Made by a program: the position numbers and the translations under genes. The notes below the pieces were generated by a model, which ran no database searches, was not told where the DNA came from, and saw only the letters and a list, made by a program, of their open reading frames with translations. Below are positions 8,982-18,509 of a stretch of DNA of 64,000 bases, piece after piece (positions within the stretch are counted from its first letter, which is position 1; every line of letters starts with the position of its first letter). The DNA is from an uncultured bacterium (GTDB lineage: Bacteria; Babelota; Babeliae; Babelales; Babelaceae). The stretch spans positions 448,001 to 512,000 of the forward strand of contig CAWKFG010000001.1 of the NCBI GenBank assembly GCA_963848965.1. The letters are read 5' to 3'.

Positions 8982-9857
8982 ATGAGTTCATTTGAGCAGA
9001 ATGTTATCAGATCATGGGGTGAGAAGGGTCGTACATGGTTAAAGGCTTTGCCAAAGACTACTGAGCACTTAGCACGATACTGGAATCTTACTGAGCTTAA
9101 ACCTGTTGAAAACCTTTCTTATAATTATGTTTTGAAGGGTTATCAAGATACTACTCCTATAGTTCTTAAGCTCTCCTGTGATACTAAAGAATTGAACAAT
9201 GAGCAAAGTGCTCTTACTGCATATAATGGTATTAGTTGTATACGCTTGCTTGCTAGTAACCCTGAATATAATGCTCTTTTGCTTGAACAGGCAATTCCAG
9301 GAACGACACTCGTACCTTTTTTTCCTTCTCGTGATGACGAAGCTCTTGAGCATACTGTTTCAATTATGAAACAATTACATAAAACTCCTCTGCCAGAACA
9401 TCTGCCATCATTAAAAGAGTGGTTCAGATGCTTATTTAACCCACACCCTGTATTACTAAATATCTATCATATTCGTAAAGCACAGGAATTAGTGCTAGAT
9501 TTATTAGCTACTCAGGAAAAAGTTGTTTTACTTCATGGTGATTTGCATCATGGCAATATTCTTTTAAGCAATCGAGGATGGCTTGCTATAGACCCTAAAG
9601 GCATCCTTGGTGATCCTGCATATGAACCTTGCTCATTTATGAAAAATCCCAATCCAGAAACTGTAAAGGACAAAAAGCTTATTCTTTACAGATTAGAGCG
9701 TTTTTCAGAATTGCTTTCTATTGATAAAGAGCGTTTATACCATTGGTTTTATGCTCAATCGGTACTTGATGCATGTTGGGCTTTCGAGGAAGGTGAGACT
9801 ACTATCCAGAGGGCTCTTGCTTCTGCAGAAATAATAAACTCTCTAAGAATTAAGTAA
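8982..9857 (+). CDS. Aminoglycoside/hydroxyurea phosphotransferase family (APH(6)/StrB-like) kinase
   Basis: VLKL, LLHGDLHHGNIL, WLAIDPKG.GDPAYE. Confidence 0.85.
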   Translation: MSSFEQNVIRSWGEKGRTWLKALPKTTEHLARYWNLTELKPVENLSYNYVLKGYQDTTPIVLKLSCDTKELNNEQSALTAYNGISCIRLLASNPEYNALLLEQAIPGTTLVPFFPSRDDEALEHTVSIMKQLHKTPLPEHLPSLKEWFRCLFNPHPVLLNIYHIRKAQELVLDLLATQEKVVLLHGDLHHGNILLSNRGWLAIDPKGILGDPAYEPCSFMKNPNPETVKDKKLILYRLERFSELLSIDKERLYHWFYAQSVLDACWAFEEGETTIQRALASAEIINSLRIK

Positions 9858-10016
9858 TAGTGCTTGATTAGAAGAGTTAGTAGTTTTATCTCTAATATTG
9901 AGTATAAGACATCAAATTTAACAAAAGTATTAAAAAGCTTTATAGTTGATAGCAGACTGGCTCTTTATAATAAAAGCGGCTAGAGCGTACTATTATCATT
10001 TTTCGAAAGGGTTTTT

Positions 10017-10442
10017 ATGGATTTCACTATGTTCTCACACGTCAATTATGGAGCAGTAGTTGTATCAGCAGTTATATTTTTTATACTTGGCTCTCTCTGG
10101 TATTCTGTACTGTTTCGCTCTAGCTGGTTACAGGAATTAAAACGGCACAATATTGTTATAAAAGAACCAACAAAAAATTCTTTGCTCATAAAAATGCTGC
10201 TTACATTTGGTGCAAATCTTCTTGCTTCATATGCTATGGCATGCTTGGTGATTATGACAGGCTCAACCACTGTACAATCAGGATTAATGCTTGGTATTAT
10301 TACTGCCCTTGGATTTGCGGCTACAGCTCTTGGCTTGGTTTTTATATGGGAAAGTCGATCATTAAGGCTCTTTTTAATTGATAGTGGTTACCCTGCTCTG
10401 GGCATTATCATAACAGCAGCGCTTCTATCTTTCTGGAAATAA
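10017..10442 (+). CDS. DUF1761-like membrane protein
   Basis: Four hydrophobic helices; LG.LWYS.LF...W motif; FLIDSGY. Confidence 0.75.
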   Translation: MDFTMFSHVNYGAVVVSAVIFFILGSLWYSVLFRSSWLQELKRHNIVIKEPTKNSLLIKMLLTFGANLLASYAMACLVIMTGSTTVQSGLMLGIITALGFAATALGLVFIWESRSLRLFLIDSGYPALGIIITAALLSFWK

Positions 10443-10602
10443 CTATCATACTGATGCTGTATGGCTTTAGTAGAAGCCTATGAAAGTGTCTTATAGTTAA
10501 TAATCTCAGCCAATCTGCATAGTAAAAACTAGAAATACTGCTATAATAATAGTATAAAACTATTGTAAACATGTGGTAGTAGTAAATAGAATTACTATCC
10601 AA

Positions 10603-10679
10603 GCGCCCGTAGCTCAGTAGGATAGAGCGACAGATTCCTAATCTGTAGGTCACAGGTTCAAATCCTGTCGGGCGCACCA
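10603..10679 (+). tRNA. tRNA-Arg(CCT)
   Basis: GCGCCCG acceptor stem, AGCTCAGTAGGATAGAGC D arm, ACAGA-TTCCTAA-TCTGT anticodon arm, GGTTCAAATCC T loop, encoded CCA. Confidence 0.97.
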
Positions 10680-10807
10680 GTCTTCGCTCTTCGAGCTATC
10701 AGCCTGTATTTTTGCAAAAAAGCAATTGAAGATCTTGATTTTTGATCTCTGTTTGTTATTATAAATTACAGATAGGTTTAAATCATATAATAATAAGGTG
10801 GATATTT

Positions 10808-11428
10808 GTGAATATATTTAAAATAGCAAGTTTGTCTTGCGCTTTTTTAATTTTAGGTACTCTATCTCCTGTAGTTGCGATGGAAATGGCTTATGAGTTT
10901 CCTCATTGTAATTGCTATTGGGTAGAAGAAGGGCGGATTCTCGCTGGTAAATACCCTTTAATTGGTAAAAAAGAGGAACAAGAAGAACAAATACGTAAGT
11001 TTTTAGATGCAGGGATTAACTACTTTGTTGATTTAACTGAAAGAAAAGAGTTAAAAACTAATGGTGGTAAACAGAATCCTTATGCAGAAGAGCTTAAAAA
11101 GGCAGCTCAAAAGCGTGGCATGAAGTTCCGCCATAAAAGAATGCCTATTAAGGATCACAAGGTAACAACCGCTGCACATATGGCAGAAATAGTGGCAAAG
11201 ATTCATAGAGCTGTCTCTAAAGGATATAAGGTTTATATTCATTGTGCAGCTGGTATTGGTCGTACAGGTACAGCCGTTGGCTGTTATTTAAGAAGCAAAG
11301 GGCTCACAGGCGAACAAGCTTTAGGGCTCATTAGTGAATTACGCAAAAAATGCAAAAAACCTATTTGTGATTCACCTCGATCTGACATTCAAAGAGATTT
11401 TGTAAAAAACTTTATTATTAAAGCATAA
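10808..11428 (+). CDS. Exported dual-specificity/PTP-fold phosphatase, copy 1
   Basis: HCAAGIGRTG (CX5R), PIKD acid loop, signal peptide; GTG start 10808 chosen by alignment with the paralogues. Confidence 0.9.
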   Translation: MNIFKIASLSCAFLILGTLSPVVAMEMAYEFPHCNCYWVEEGRILAGKYPLIGKKEEQEEQIRKFLDAGINYFVDLTERKELKTNGGKQNPYAEELKKAAQKRGMKFRHKRMPIKDHKVTTAAHMAEIVAKIHRAVSKGYKVYIHCAAGIGRTGTAVGCYLRSKGLTGEQALGLISELRKKCKKPICDSPRSDIQRDFVKNFIIKA

Positions 11429-11459
11429 TAAGGCTCTTTTACCTACCGTTAAACTTTTG

Positions 11460-11489
11460 AGGCTAGTGCGCTTATGTTCACTAGCCTTT
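11460..11489 (+). terminator. Intrinsic terminator, repeated after each phosphatase copy
   Basis: AGGCTAGTG...CACTAGCCT followed by Ts; near-identical copies at 12445-12473 and 13385-13420. Confidence 0.75.
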
Positions 11490-11789
11490 ACTTTTACTAC
11501 TATTTTCAGGTAGAACGGCTTTGGGTTTAAAGCAGAAGCTAAGCCCTGTTAGGGCTTAGCTTGAGAGGTATTCTTCAATAAGATGTAGTAATAGTGATCT
11601 CTGTAATTTTTGTAAAGATTAGTAGCGGTACTACTTGTTTATGTAAAGCTATAAAACATAGCCTATGGTTATAACGCTTAGTATTAGCTGGTTTTTGTTT
11701 AAAATTGTTTGAAAAAGTTGATTTTTACGAGCTTTTTGCTAGTATAGGTTTATAGTGATTTTAAAATATATAATAGAAGGTAATTGTTT

Positions 11790-12413
11790 ATGAATTTTCT
11801 CAAAATAACGAATTTGCTCTGTATACTTATAATTTCGGGCACTCTATCCCCTGTAATTGCAAAGAAAACTACGCATAATCTTCCTCATGGTAACTGTTAT
11901 TGGGTTGAGGAAGGACGTTTTCTTGCTGGGAAGTATCCTTTGGTTGGTAAAGAGAAGGAAAAACGTGAGCAACTACGTAAATTCTTGGATACTGGGATTA
12001 CTTACTTTATTGATTTAACTGAAAGAAAAGAGTTAAAGGCTAAAGGTGGTAAAAAAGATCCTTATGCAGAATTTATCAAGAAGGAAGCGCAAAAATGTGG
12101 TATGAAATTCCGTCATAAAAGAATGCCTATTAAGGATCACAAGGTGACAACGAAGGCTCATATGGCACAAATCGTGGCGACTATCCACAGGGCTCTTGCT
12201 AGAGGAGAAAAGGTGTATATCCACTGTGCGGCAGGTGTTGGACGTACAGGAACGGCAGTCGGCTGTTATTTGAAGAGCAAGGGGCTTACAGGGCAACAAG
12301 CTTTGGACCGCATTAACAAGTTACGTCAAAATAGAAAAAGACCTCGTAAAAATTCACCACGATCTAAATTACAAAGAAACTTCGTAAAAAGCTTTAACGT
12401 AAAGAGAAAATAA
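11790..12413 (+). CDS. Exported dual-specificity/PTP-fold phosphatase, copy 2
   Basis: HCAAGVGRTG; highly similar to neighbours. Confidence 0.9.
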   Translation: MNFLKITNLLCILIISGTLSPVIAKKTTHNLPHGNCYWVEEGRFLAGKYPLVGKEKEKREQLRKFLDTGITYFIDLTERKELKAKGGKKDPYAEFIKKEAQKCGMKFRHKRMPIKDHKVTTKAHMAQIVATIHRALARGEKVYIHCAAGVGRTGTAVGCYLKSKGLTGQQALDRINKLRQNRKRPRKNSPRSKLQRNFVKSFNVKRK

Positions 12414-12739
12414 GCTCTTTACGAAGTATAAGCTGCTTATTTTGAGGCTAGTGCGCTTTGCTCACTAGCCTTTATTACTAATGAAGCAAAAAATACTATA
12501 ACCAACATTGTATCAGCTTCTCAACCTCTCTCGATGGAACTCACCCCCTCTATTTTAGTAAAGATTATTGGTGTTATTAGTGTATTATATGGGCTTATTG
12601 AACATGTACTACAAGCATAATATTTATTGGCAGAGTATTTCTATTGAAAAATATTTAAAAAACTCTTGATTTTTGCTCAATATTTGCTATTATAAATTTA
12701 CTAAACATTATTAAAATACATAACAAAAGGTGATTATTT

Positions 12740-13351
12740 ATGAATTTTTTCAAAATGAAAACATTTTCTTGCGCTCTTTTAATCGCAGGTGTTCTGTCTC
12801 CTGTAATAGCAAAGCAGACTACGCATAATCTTCCTCATGGTAACTGCTATTGGGTAGAGCAAGGACGTTTCCTTGCTGGTAAGTATCCTTTAGTAGGTAA
12901 AAAGAAGGAAAGACGTGAGCAGGTCCGTAAGTTCATGGACGCAGGTATTAACTACTTTGTTGATTTAACTGAAAAAAGAGAGTTAAAAAAAAGAGGTTCT
13001 TATGCAGAAGAACTTAAAAAGGCAGCTCAAAAGCGAGGTATGAAGTTCCGTCACAAAAGAATGCCTATTAAGGATCATAAAGTGACAACTAAAGCTCATA
13101 TGGTACAAATTGTGCAAATGATTCATAGAGCGCTTGCTAAAGGACATAAAGTGTATATTCACTGTGCAGCGGGTAAAGGCCGTACAGGAACAGCAGTTGG
13201 TTGTTACTTGAAGAGCAAGGGCCTTACAACGCAACAAGCTTTTGATTTTATTGCTAAAGGGCGTAATAACAGAAAAAAACCTCGTAAACCATCACCAGAA
13301 AAGCCGATACAAAGAAACTTTGTAAAGGACTTTAACGTAAAGATAAAGTAA
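12740..13351 (+). CDS. Exported dual-specificity/PTP-fold phosphatase, copy 3
   Basis: HCAAGKGRTG; highly similar to neighbours. Confidence 0.9.
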   Translation: MNFFKMKTFSCALLIAGVLSPVIAKQTTHNLPHGNCYWVEQGRFLAGKYPLVGKKKERREQVRKFMDAGINYFVDLTEKRELKKRGSYAEELKKAAQKRGMKFRHKRMPIKDHKVTTKAHMVQIVQMIHRALAKGHKVYIHCAAGKGRTGTAVGCYLKSKGLTTQQAFDFIAKGRNNRKKPRKPSPEKPIQRNFVKDFNVKIK

Positions 13352-13605
13352 GCTTGTTTAATAAGCACAGGCTGCTTATTCCTTGGCTAGTGCGCTTTTG
13401 CTCACTAGCCTTTTCTTTTTCAATCGTTTTCTCTTCTTAGTTTTTACAAGCTCTTACGTCTTTTACCTCTTCTAAAAACTTCTCTACAAACTAAGATTAT
13501 AGATGAGCATGCTCATGAATATATACTCAAGTCTTATAGTTAGAACACTGTCTATCAAGAGAATGTTATGAGGTTTTGTTTACCAAAGCAATTTTAGAAT
13601 GCTCC

Positions 13606-13636
13606 TTGACTCTCGCGTAACGTCATACTTTATACT
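13606..13636 (+). promoter_or_regulatory. MerR-type promoter with 19-bp spacer and operator
   Basis: TTGACT-19 bp (CTCGCGTAACGTCATACTT)-TATACT upstream of the MerR/TipAS gene; a long spacer with an internal dyad is the MerR hallmark. Confidence 0.8.
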
Positions 13637-13666
13637 ACCTAAGGATAATTATTAATAGGGGTAACT

Positions 13667-14425
13667 ATGAATTATACAATAAACAAATTGGCAAGGTTAT
13701 CAGGAGTAAGTGTTAGAACCTTACGTTTCTATGATGAAATTGGGTTGCTTAAGCCTGCTTATGTTGCGGAAAATAGATACCGCTATTATCAAGAAGCACA
13801 ACTTTTGAGATTACAACAGATTCTTTTTTTTCGTGAATTAGGGTTTGAGCTTAAGCAAATTCAAGATATTCTCGAGCAAAGTGATTTTAATCGAATTCAT
13901 GTTTTGCGATCTCATAAAAAGGTATTACACAATGAGATTCAAAAAATGAAGAAATTACTCTGTACGATTGATAGGACTATTAACCATTTACAAGGGAATT
14001 ATAAAATGACAGAAAAAGAGATATTTTACGGCTTTTCTAAAGAAAAGCAAGCTGAATATGAACAGTATTTAGTTCAAAGATTAGGGGCTAATAGACCTGA
14101 ATTTGCTGAATGTGCAAGAAATGTCAAAAATTGGACAAAAGAGGATTGGCTCAAGCATCAAACAACTGGCGAAGAACTTAATAAAGCATTTGTTGAAGCT
14201 TTGGAAAAAGGGCTTAAGCCTGACAGTGTGGAGGTTCAAATGTTAGTACGTAAGCATTTTGAGCTTATTAAGTTATTTTGGACTCCAACTCAAGAAACCT
14301 ATAGAGACTTAGGGCAGCTGTATCTTGAACATCCAGATTTTAGAGTATACTATGCTGCTTATCATTCAGAGTTAGCACAGTTTCTTGCTGATGCGATGAA
14401 AGTTTTTGCTGAACGAGGGTTATAA
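13667..14425 (+). CDS. MerR family regulator with TipAS antibiotic-binding domain (Mta/TipA-like)
   Basis: GVSVRTLRFYDEIGLLKP HTH, YRYY...L.RLQQILFFRELGF, C-terminal LG.LY...P.F...Y. Confidence 0.92.
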   Translation: MNYTINKLARLSGVSVRTLRFYDEIGLLKPAYVAENRYRYYQEAQLLRLQQILFFRELGFELKQIQDILEQSDFNRIHVLRSHKKVLHNEIQKMKKLLCTIDRTINHLQGNYKMTEKEIFYGFSKEKQAEYEQYLVQRLGANRPEFAECARNVKNWTKEDWLKHQTTGEELNKAFVEALEKGLKPDSVEVQMLVRKHFELIKLFWTPTQETYRDLGQLYLEHPDFRVYYAAYHSELAQFLADAMKVFAERGL

Positions 14426-14436
14426 GCAGGTGCTCT

Positions 14437-15648
14437 ATGGTACTTATGATAAGGAGTGCGATGAGGAACGGTACGATAATAAAAATAGGATTTTTCACAA
14501 GTATAGGACTTTTTAGTATGAGTTATGGTGAATATATAAAGCCAACAGGTATGTATTCTGTTGGTACAGTGTCGTACCATATGGTCGATAAAGCAAGAAA
14601 AGAACAACGAGTGCATGACCAGATGCATAGAGAATTGATGGTTCAGGTGTGGTATCCTGCAGAGATCACAAAAGAAGATAAGCGTGTGCCGTATGTTTCT
14701 GCGCGTCTAGCAGACTTTATTGAAAAAAAAGCCAAAGAGAAAAAAGGATGGTTTTTTGGCTCTGGTTACATAGGAACTCAGATGATTACACATTCATATG
14801 CTCATGCAGCTGTTTCGTCAGAGCAAAGTTCATACCCTGTCATTATTTTTTCTCCTGGTTACGGGGTACCCTGCCATTCGTATACGTCTTTTTTTGAAGA
14901 ATTGGCAAGTCATGGATTTGTTGTTTTCGGTGTTAATCACACACATACTTCTGATCCGGTTGAGTTTCCAGATGGCAGAATAACCGAGTTGGCAGCAAAT
15001 GCTTTTTCTTTTGATGAAACAGAGATCCGATATCAAGATTTGTGCTTTGTGCTCAATGAAATTGAACAGATTAATAAGCAGGATATACAGGGCATTTTAA
15101 CTCATCGGCTTAATATGCAGCAGATAGGAGTAATGGGACATTCAATGGGAGCAACTGCTGCTCTTGAATTTTGCCAGAGATCTGAGCGTTGTAAGGCAGT
15201 AATTGCTCTTGATGGTATGCTAAAATCAACATTTATCACTCCTCATGCCTCTTTAGAATCTTATAACACACCATTAATGATTATGTATAACGTTGAACAA
15301 GGAACATTTTCTAAAGATGATAAGTATGCGCCAGCCTATGATCTAGAAACTATTTTGCGTAGCATGAAAGAGAAAGTTGGCCAATTACGTACATTATCAT
15401 TAAAAGATGTATATGAAGTGCAATGGAAGGCTCATCATATATCATTTAGTGATTATTTCTTAGTTACCTATTTAGCCGAAAATCATGAACAAGAGATGAG
15501 AAATCTTACAGATATAAAGTTTATGATAGTTACTTTTTTCAAGGTCTATGTAAAGGGCTATTCACATGAACCACTCATTAACTATTTGAACCACAGTACA
15601 AACCAAGCGTTTGTTTCAATACATCAAAAGATACAGAGCTGTTTATAG
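14437..15648 (+). CDS. PAF-acetylhydrolase-like alpha/beta hydrolase
   Basis: RELMVQVWYP, YPVIIFSPGYG, ELASHGFVV, GHSMG, H..FSD. Confidence 0.85.
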   Translation: MVLMIRSAMRNGTIIKIGFFTSIGLFSMSYGEYIKPTGMYSVGTVSYHMVDKARKEQRVHDQMHRELMVQVWYPAEITKEDKRVPYVSARLADFIEKKAKEKKGWFFGSGYIGTQMITHSYAHAAVSSEQSSYPVIIFSPGYGVPCHSYTSFFEELASHGFVVFGVNHTHTSDPVEFPDGRITELAANAFSFDETEIRYQDLCFVLNEIEQINKQDIQGILTHRLNMQQIGVMGHSMGATAALEFCQRSERCKAVIALDGMLKSTFITPHASLESYNTPLMIMYNVEQGTFSKDDKYAPAYDLETILRSMKEKVGQLRTLSLKDVYEVQWKAHHISFSDYFLVTYLAENHEQEMRNLTDIKFMIVTFFKVYVKGYSHEPLINYLNHSTNQAFVSIHQKIQSCL

Positions 15649-15822
15649 TGCTCATTATTAGTATAACAATTAAGGCCTGATAGAACAGCTCCCGGATCTC
15701 TTCTAGCGATAAAGTAGTATCTATTGAGCCGCATAGCAAAAATTGAAAATAATGTTATACTACTAATATAATAGCTTACTTGTATTACCTATGATTGTTA
15801 TAAAAAATTGCATTATCACTAT

Positions 15823-15855
15823 GCGCTTGTAGCTCAGTATGATTGAGCACAGATT
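15823..15855 (+). pseudogene. Degenerate 5' half of a tRNA-Arg-like gene
   Basis: GCGCTTGTAGCTCAGTATGATTGAGCACAGATT versus tRNA-Arg GCGCCCGTAGCTCAGTAGGATAGAGCGACAGATT. Confidence 0.65.
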
Positions 15856-15858
15856 ATT

Positions 15859-17046
15859 ATGGAAACTACCTACATTATTATTGGTGCATCAGCAGCAGGT
15901 CTAGCAGCATTTAACACTGTAGCTCGTCTTGAACCTTCATGTACTGTTATAGCTCTTACAAAAGAAGATACTCTTTATAACACATGCTTGCTTGCTTCAT
16001 ATCTTGCTGAAAATAAGCAGGAACAAGAGATACAACTTGTTGCTCATAAAAGCAAAAATACACATATTTTGTATAATACACAGGTTACTGCATTAGACAG
16101 GAAAGAAAAGCGCATTTGTTTAGCATCAGGGCAAAAGATAGCTTATGATAAGCTGCTTATAGCGACCGGTAGTGCTGCATATATACCAGATATGTTTAAA
16201 GAGTGGCAGAAGCAATTGAAGGGACTATTTTCGTTTTATACGCTTGAAGATGCTCGTGCTGTTAAAAACTATGTAGTACAAGAGAATGTGCACGAAGCTA
16301 TTGTTATAGGAGCAGGGTTTACTGGTCTTGAATGTGCAGACGCATTAGCGCAACAGGGAATAAACGTTAAAGTAGTGGAGCTGCGTGAAAGTATTCTGCC
16401 AGGACTATTAGCCCCTTTGAGTACAGCACTTCTTACTGATATACTTGCCAAGCAGGGGGTGCAGATATATACCCAAGAGACTGTACAGGAGATTATGCAT
16501 AAGAATAAAAAAATTATAGGTGTTAAACTCTCTTCAGGACCTATGTTGACTGCTTCTTTACTAGTGTATGCTCTTGGCTCTCGTCCTGCTCTTACATTGG
16601 CGGTTGATGCTGGTATTGCTGTTAAAGAGGGCATTGTTACAGACACTTCTTTAAGAACAAGCGATGAACATATATATGCTGCAGGCGATTGTGCATTAGT
16701 AGTTGATCGTATTACACAGCAGCATGTACTTAGCTCTACGTGGCCAGATGCGATAAGACAAGGAATAAGTGCTGCTCATGCTATGATAGGAAAGGATATT
16801 TCTTATGAAGGTGTGCTCAAAACATATGTGTCATGCATAGGAGCGTATCCAATCGTTATATGCGGAGCTACAAGTCCTTATAGTGAAGAGATAGTACAAA
16901 AAGATAAGTGTCAGGTCCTGTTTGTGGATAGGCAAGAAAAGCTTGTAGGTTTTATGCTTGCAGGAGATAAAGCGCTTGCAGGTTGTTTAAAAAAAGCTCT
17001 TGAGGAAAGGATGTCCTTGAGTGCGATAAAGGAAACACTCGTATGA
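15859..17046 (+). CDS. NAD(P)/FAD-dependent oxidoreductase (pyridine nucleotide-disulfide family)
   Basis: IIGASAAG, YDKLLIATGS, VIGAGFTGLE, IYAAGDCA. Confidence 0.9.
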   Translation: METTYIIIGASAAGLAAFNTVARLEPSCTVIALTKEDTLYNTCLLASYLAENKQEQEIQLVAHKSKNTHILYNTQVTALDRKEKRICLASGQKIAYDKLLIATGSAAYIPDMFKEWQKQLKGLFSFYTLEDARAVKNYVVQENVHEAIVIGAGFTGLECADALAQQGINVKVVELRESILPGLLAPLSTALLTDILAKQGVQIYTQETVQEIMHKNKKIIGVKLSSGPMLTASLLVYALGSRPALTLAVDAGIAVKEGIVTDTSLRTSDEHIYAAGDCALVVDRITQQHVLSSTWPDAIRQGISAAHAMIGKDISYEGVLKTYVSCIGAYPIVICGATSPYSEEIVQKDKCQVLFVDRQEKLVGFMLAGDKALAGCLKKALEERMSLSAIKETLV

Positions 17047-17687
17047 TAAAAAATAATCTTCTTTTTACCGAAGGCAAGTATATTCTTGTCATAAGTTTAC
17101 TCGCTACTGTACTAGGGTATTTTATTCATCCATTTATTACGCTTTTTGGTCTAGTATTTATTGCATTTAGCCTCTATTTTTTCCGTAATCCCGTAAGAAA
17201 CTGTTTAGAAGCAGAAGATGATGATTCAGTTATTGTGTCCCCTGCAGATGGCAGAGTAGTTGAGGTAAGTAAAGGAGAGTATGAAGGATTTGCTCAAAAA
17301 GTTTCTATATTTCTTTCGCCGCTTGATGTACATGTTAATTGGATACCAATGGATGGCGTGATTGAAGCGGTTACTTATAGGCCAGGAAAATTTTTGCTTG
17401 CGTTTACTCCCAAAAGCTCAGAGCTTAATGAAAGAAATGATGTACTTATAACGTCAGGAAAAAAGAAAGTGCTTGTACGACAGATTGCTGGCACTGTTGC
17501 TCGACGTATTGTGTGTTGGGCGCATCCTGGAAACTATAGTGCAACTAAAGATAAATATGGCATGATCAGATTTGGCTCTCGTGTTGATATTTTTATGCCT
17601 CAAGAAGTAGCAGTATCAGTAAAAAAGGGTGACTATGTCTATGGAGGACAAACGGTGCTCGGAAGATGGCACGAAGAAAGCGTATGA
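17043..17687 (+). CDS. psd: Phosphatidylserine decarboxylase proenzyme
   Basis: FFRNP.R, SPADG, IFLSPLDVHVN, RFGSRVD autocleavage motif. Confidence 0.95.
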   Translation: MIKNNLLFTEGKYILVISLLATVLGYFIHPFITLFGLVFIAFSLYFFRNPVRNCLEAEDDDSVIVSPADGRVVEVSKGEYEGFAQKVSIFLSPLDVHVNWIPMDGVIEAVTYRPGKFLLAFTPKSSELNERNDVLITSGKKKVLVRQIAGTVARRIVCWAHPGNYSATKDKYGMIRFGSRVDIFMPQEVAVSVKKGDYVYGGQTVLGRWHEESV

Positions 17688-17750
17688 AAAAGGGAAAAAA
17701 GTATGGTATTCTACTACTAGAATACAAGAGACAGGCATAAGGAGGTCTCT

Positions 17751-18500
17751 ATGTTAATACGATTAAAAAAATTTAAGAAAAAAGGGAAAAAATACGAACA
17801 CTCTCTTCGTATTGTTCCCTACATCTTTACATTCTTAAACGCTATTTTTGGCTTTTTATCAATTATTCGCTCTTTTGAGGGTAATTATAAAATTGCTGCC
17901 ACCTATATTGTTATAGCGGCAATCTTAGATGGTTTTGATGGAAGATTAGCACGAGCATTTGGTTCTTCAAGTTATTTCGGTATGGAGCTTGATTCATTGT
18001 GTGATGCTATTTCATTCTGCTTAGCTCCCGCTATTCTTATCTACTGTTGGGTTCCTATTGCTCTTGCAAAGGTTGTACTTGCTTTTTATGTGTGTGCAGG
18101 ACTTGCTCGGTTGGCACGGTTTAATACCTATGCTAGTGTACCAACAGAGTATTTTACTGGCCTTCCTACAACTCTTGCAGCATCGTTTATTGCTCTTCTG
18201 GTTTTTCATCATGCATGGCTAGAAAATCATGGGATTAATTTGATGGTACATACTTCGCTTTTACTTGTCATTGTAACTGCTCTCTCATTGTTAATGATCT
18301 CTCCTATTCGCTTTACCTCATTTAAGTATGTAAAGATACAAGAACCTCGTGACTATTATACGCTGGTTTTTCTTGCTTTTGTAGTCTTATGGCTTATAGC
18401 ACGTCGATATCCTGTATTTTTATGTATTATAACCGGCTATATCTTTGTAAATATAGCTCTCTATGTTTATCAGGAAACAATCGGTAAAATTCGTAGTTAA
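17751..18500 (+). CDS. pssA: CDP-diacylglycerol--serine O-phosphatidyltransferase
   Basis: DGFDGRLAR...GMELDSLCD CDP-alcohol motif, RLARFN, F.GLP; adjacent to psd. Confidence 0.93.
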   Translation: MLIRLKKFKKKGKKYEHSLRIVPYIFTFLNAIFGFLSIIRSFEGNYKIAATYIVIAAILDGFDGRLARAFGSSSYFGMELDSLCDAISFCLAPAILIYCWVPIALAKVVLAFYVCAGLARLARFNTYASVPTEYFTGLPTTLAASFIALLVFHHAWLENHGINLMVHTSLLLVIVTALSLLMISPIRFTSFKYVKIQEPRDYYTLVFLAFVVLWLIARRYPVFLCIITGYIFVNIALYVYQETIGKIRS

Positions 18501-18509
18501 GGAGTATAG

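Noticed and set aside
8982..9857. Acquired streptomycin resistance gene strB
   Set aside because: Only family-level APH(6)-like motifs and no mobile context; substrate unknown.
10408..10677. 89-aa minus-strand ORF (MRPTGFEPVT...)
   Set aside because: Antisense translation of tRNA-Arg, a common false ORF.
11536..11562. Perfect hairpin AAGCTAAGCCCT-GTT-AGGGCTTAGCTT
   Set aside because: Single copy with no U-tract; cannot be distinguished between terminator remnant and REP-like element.
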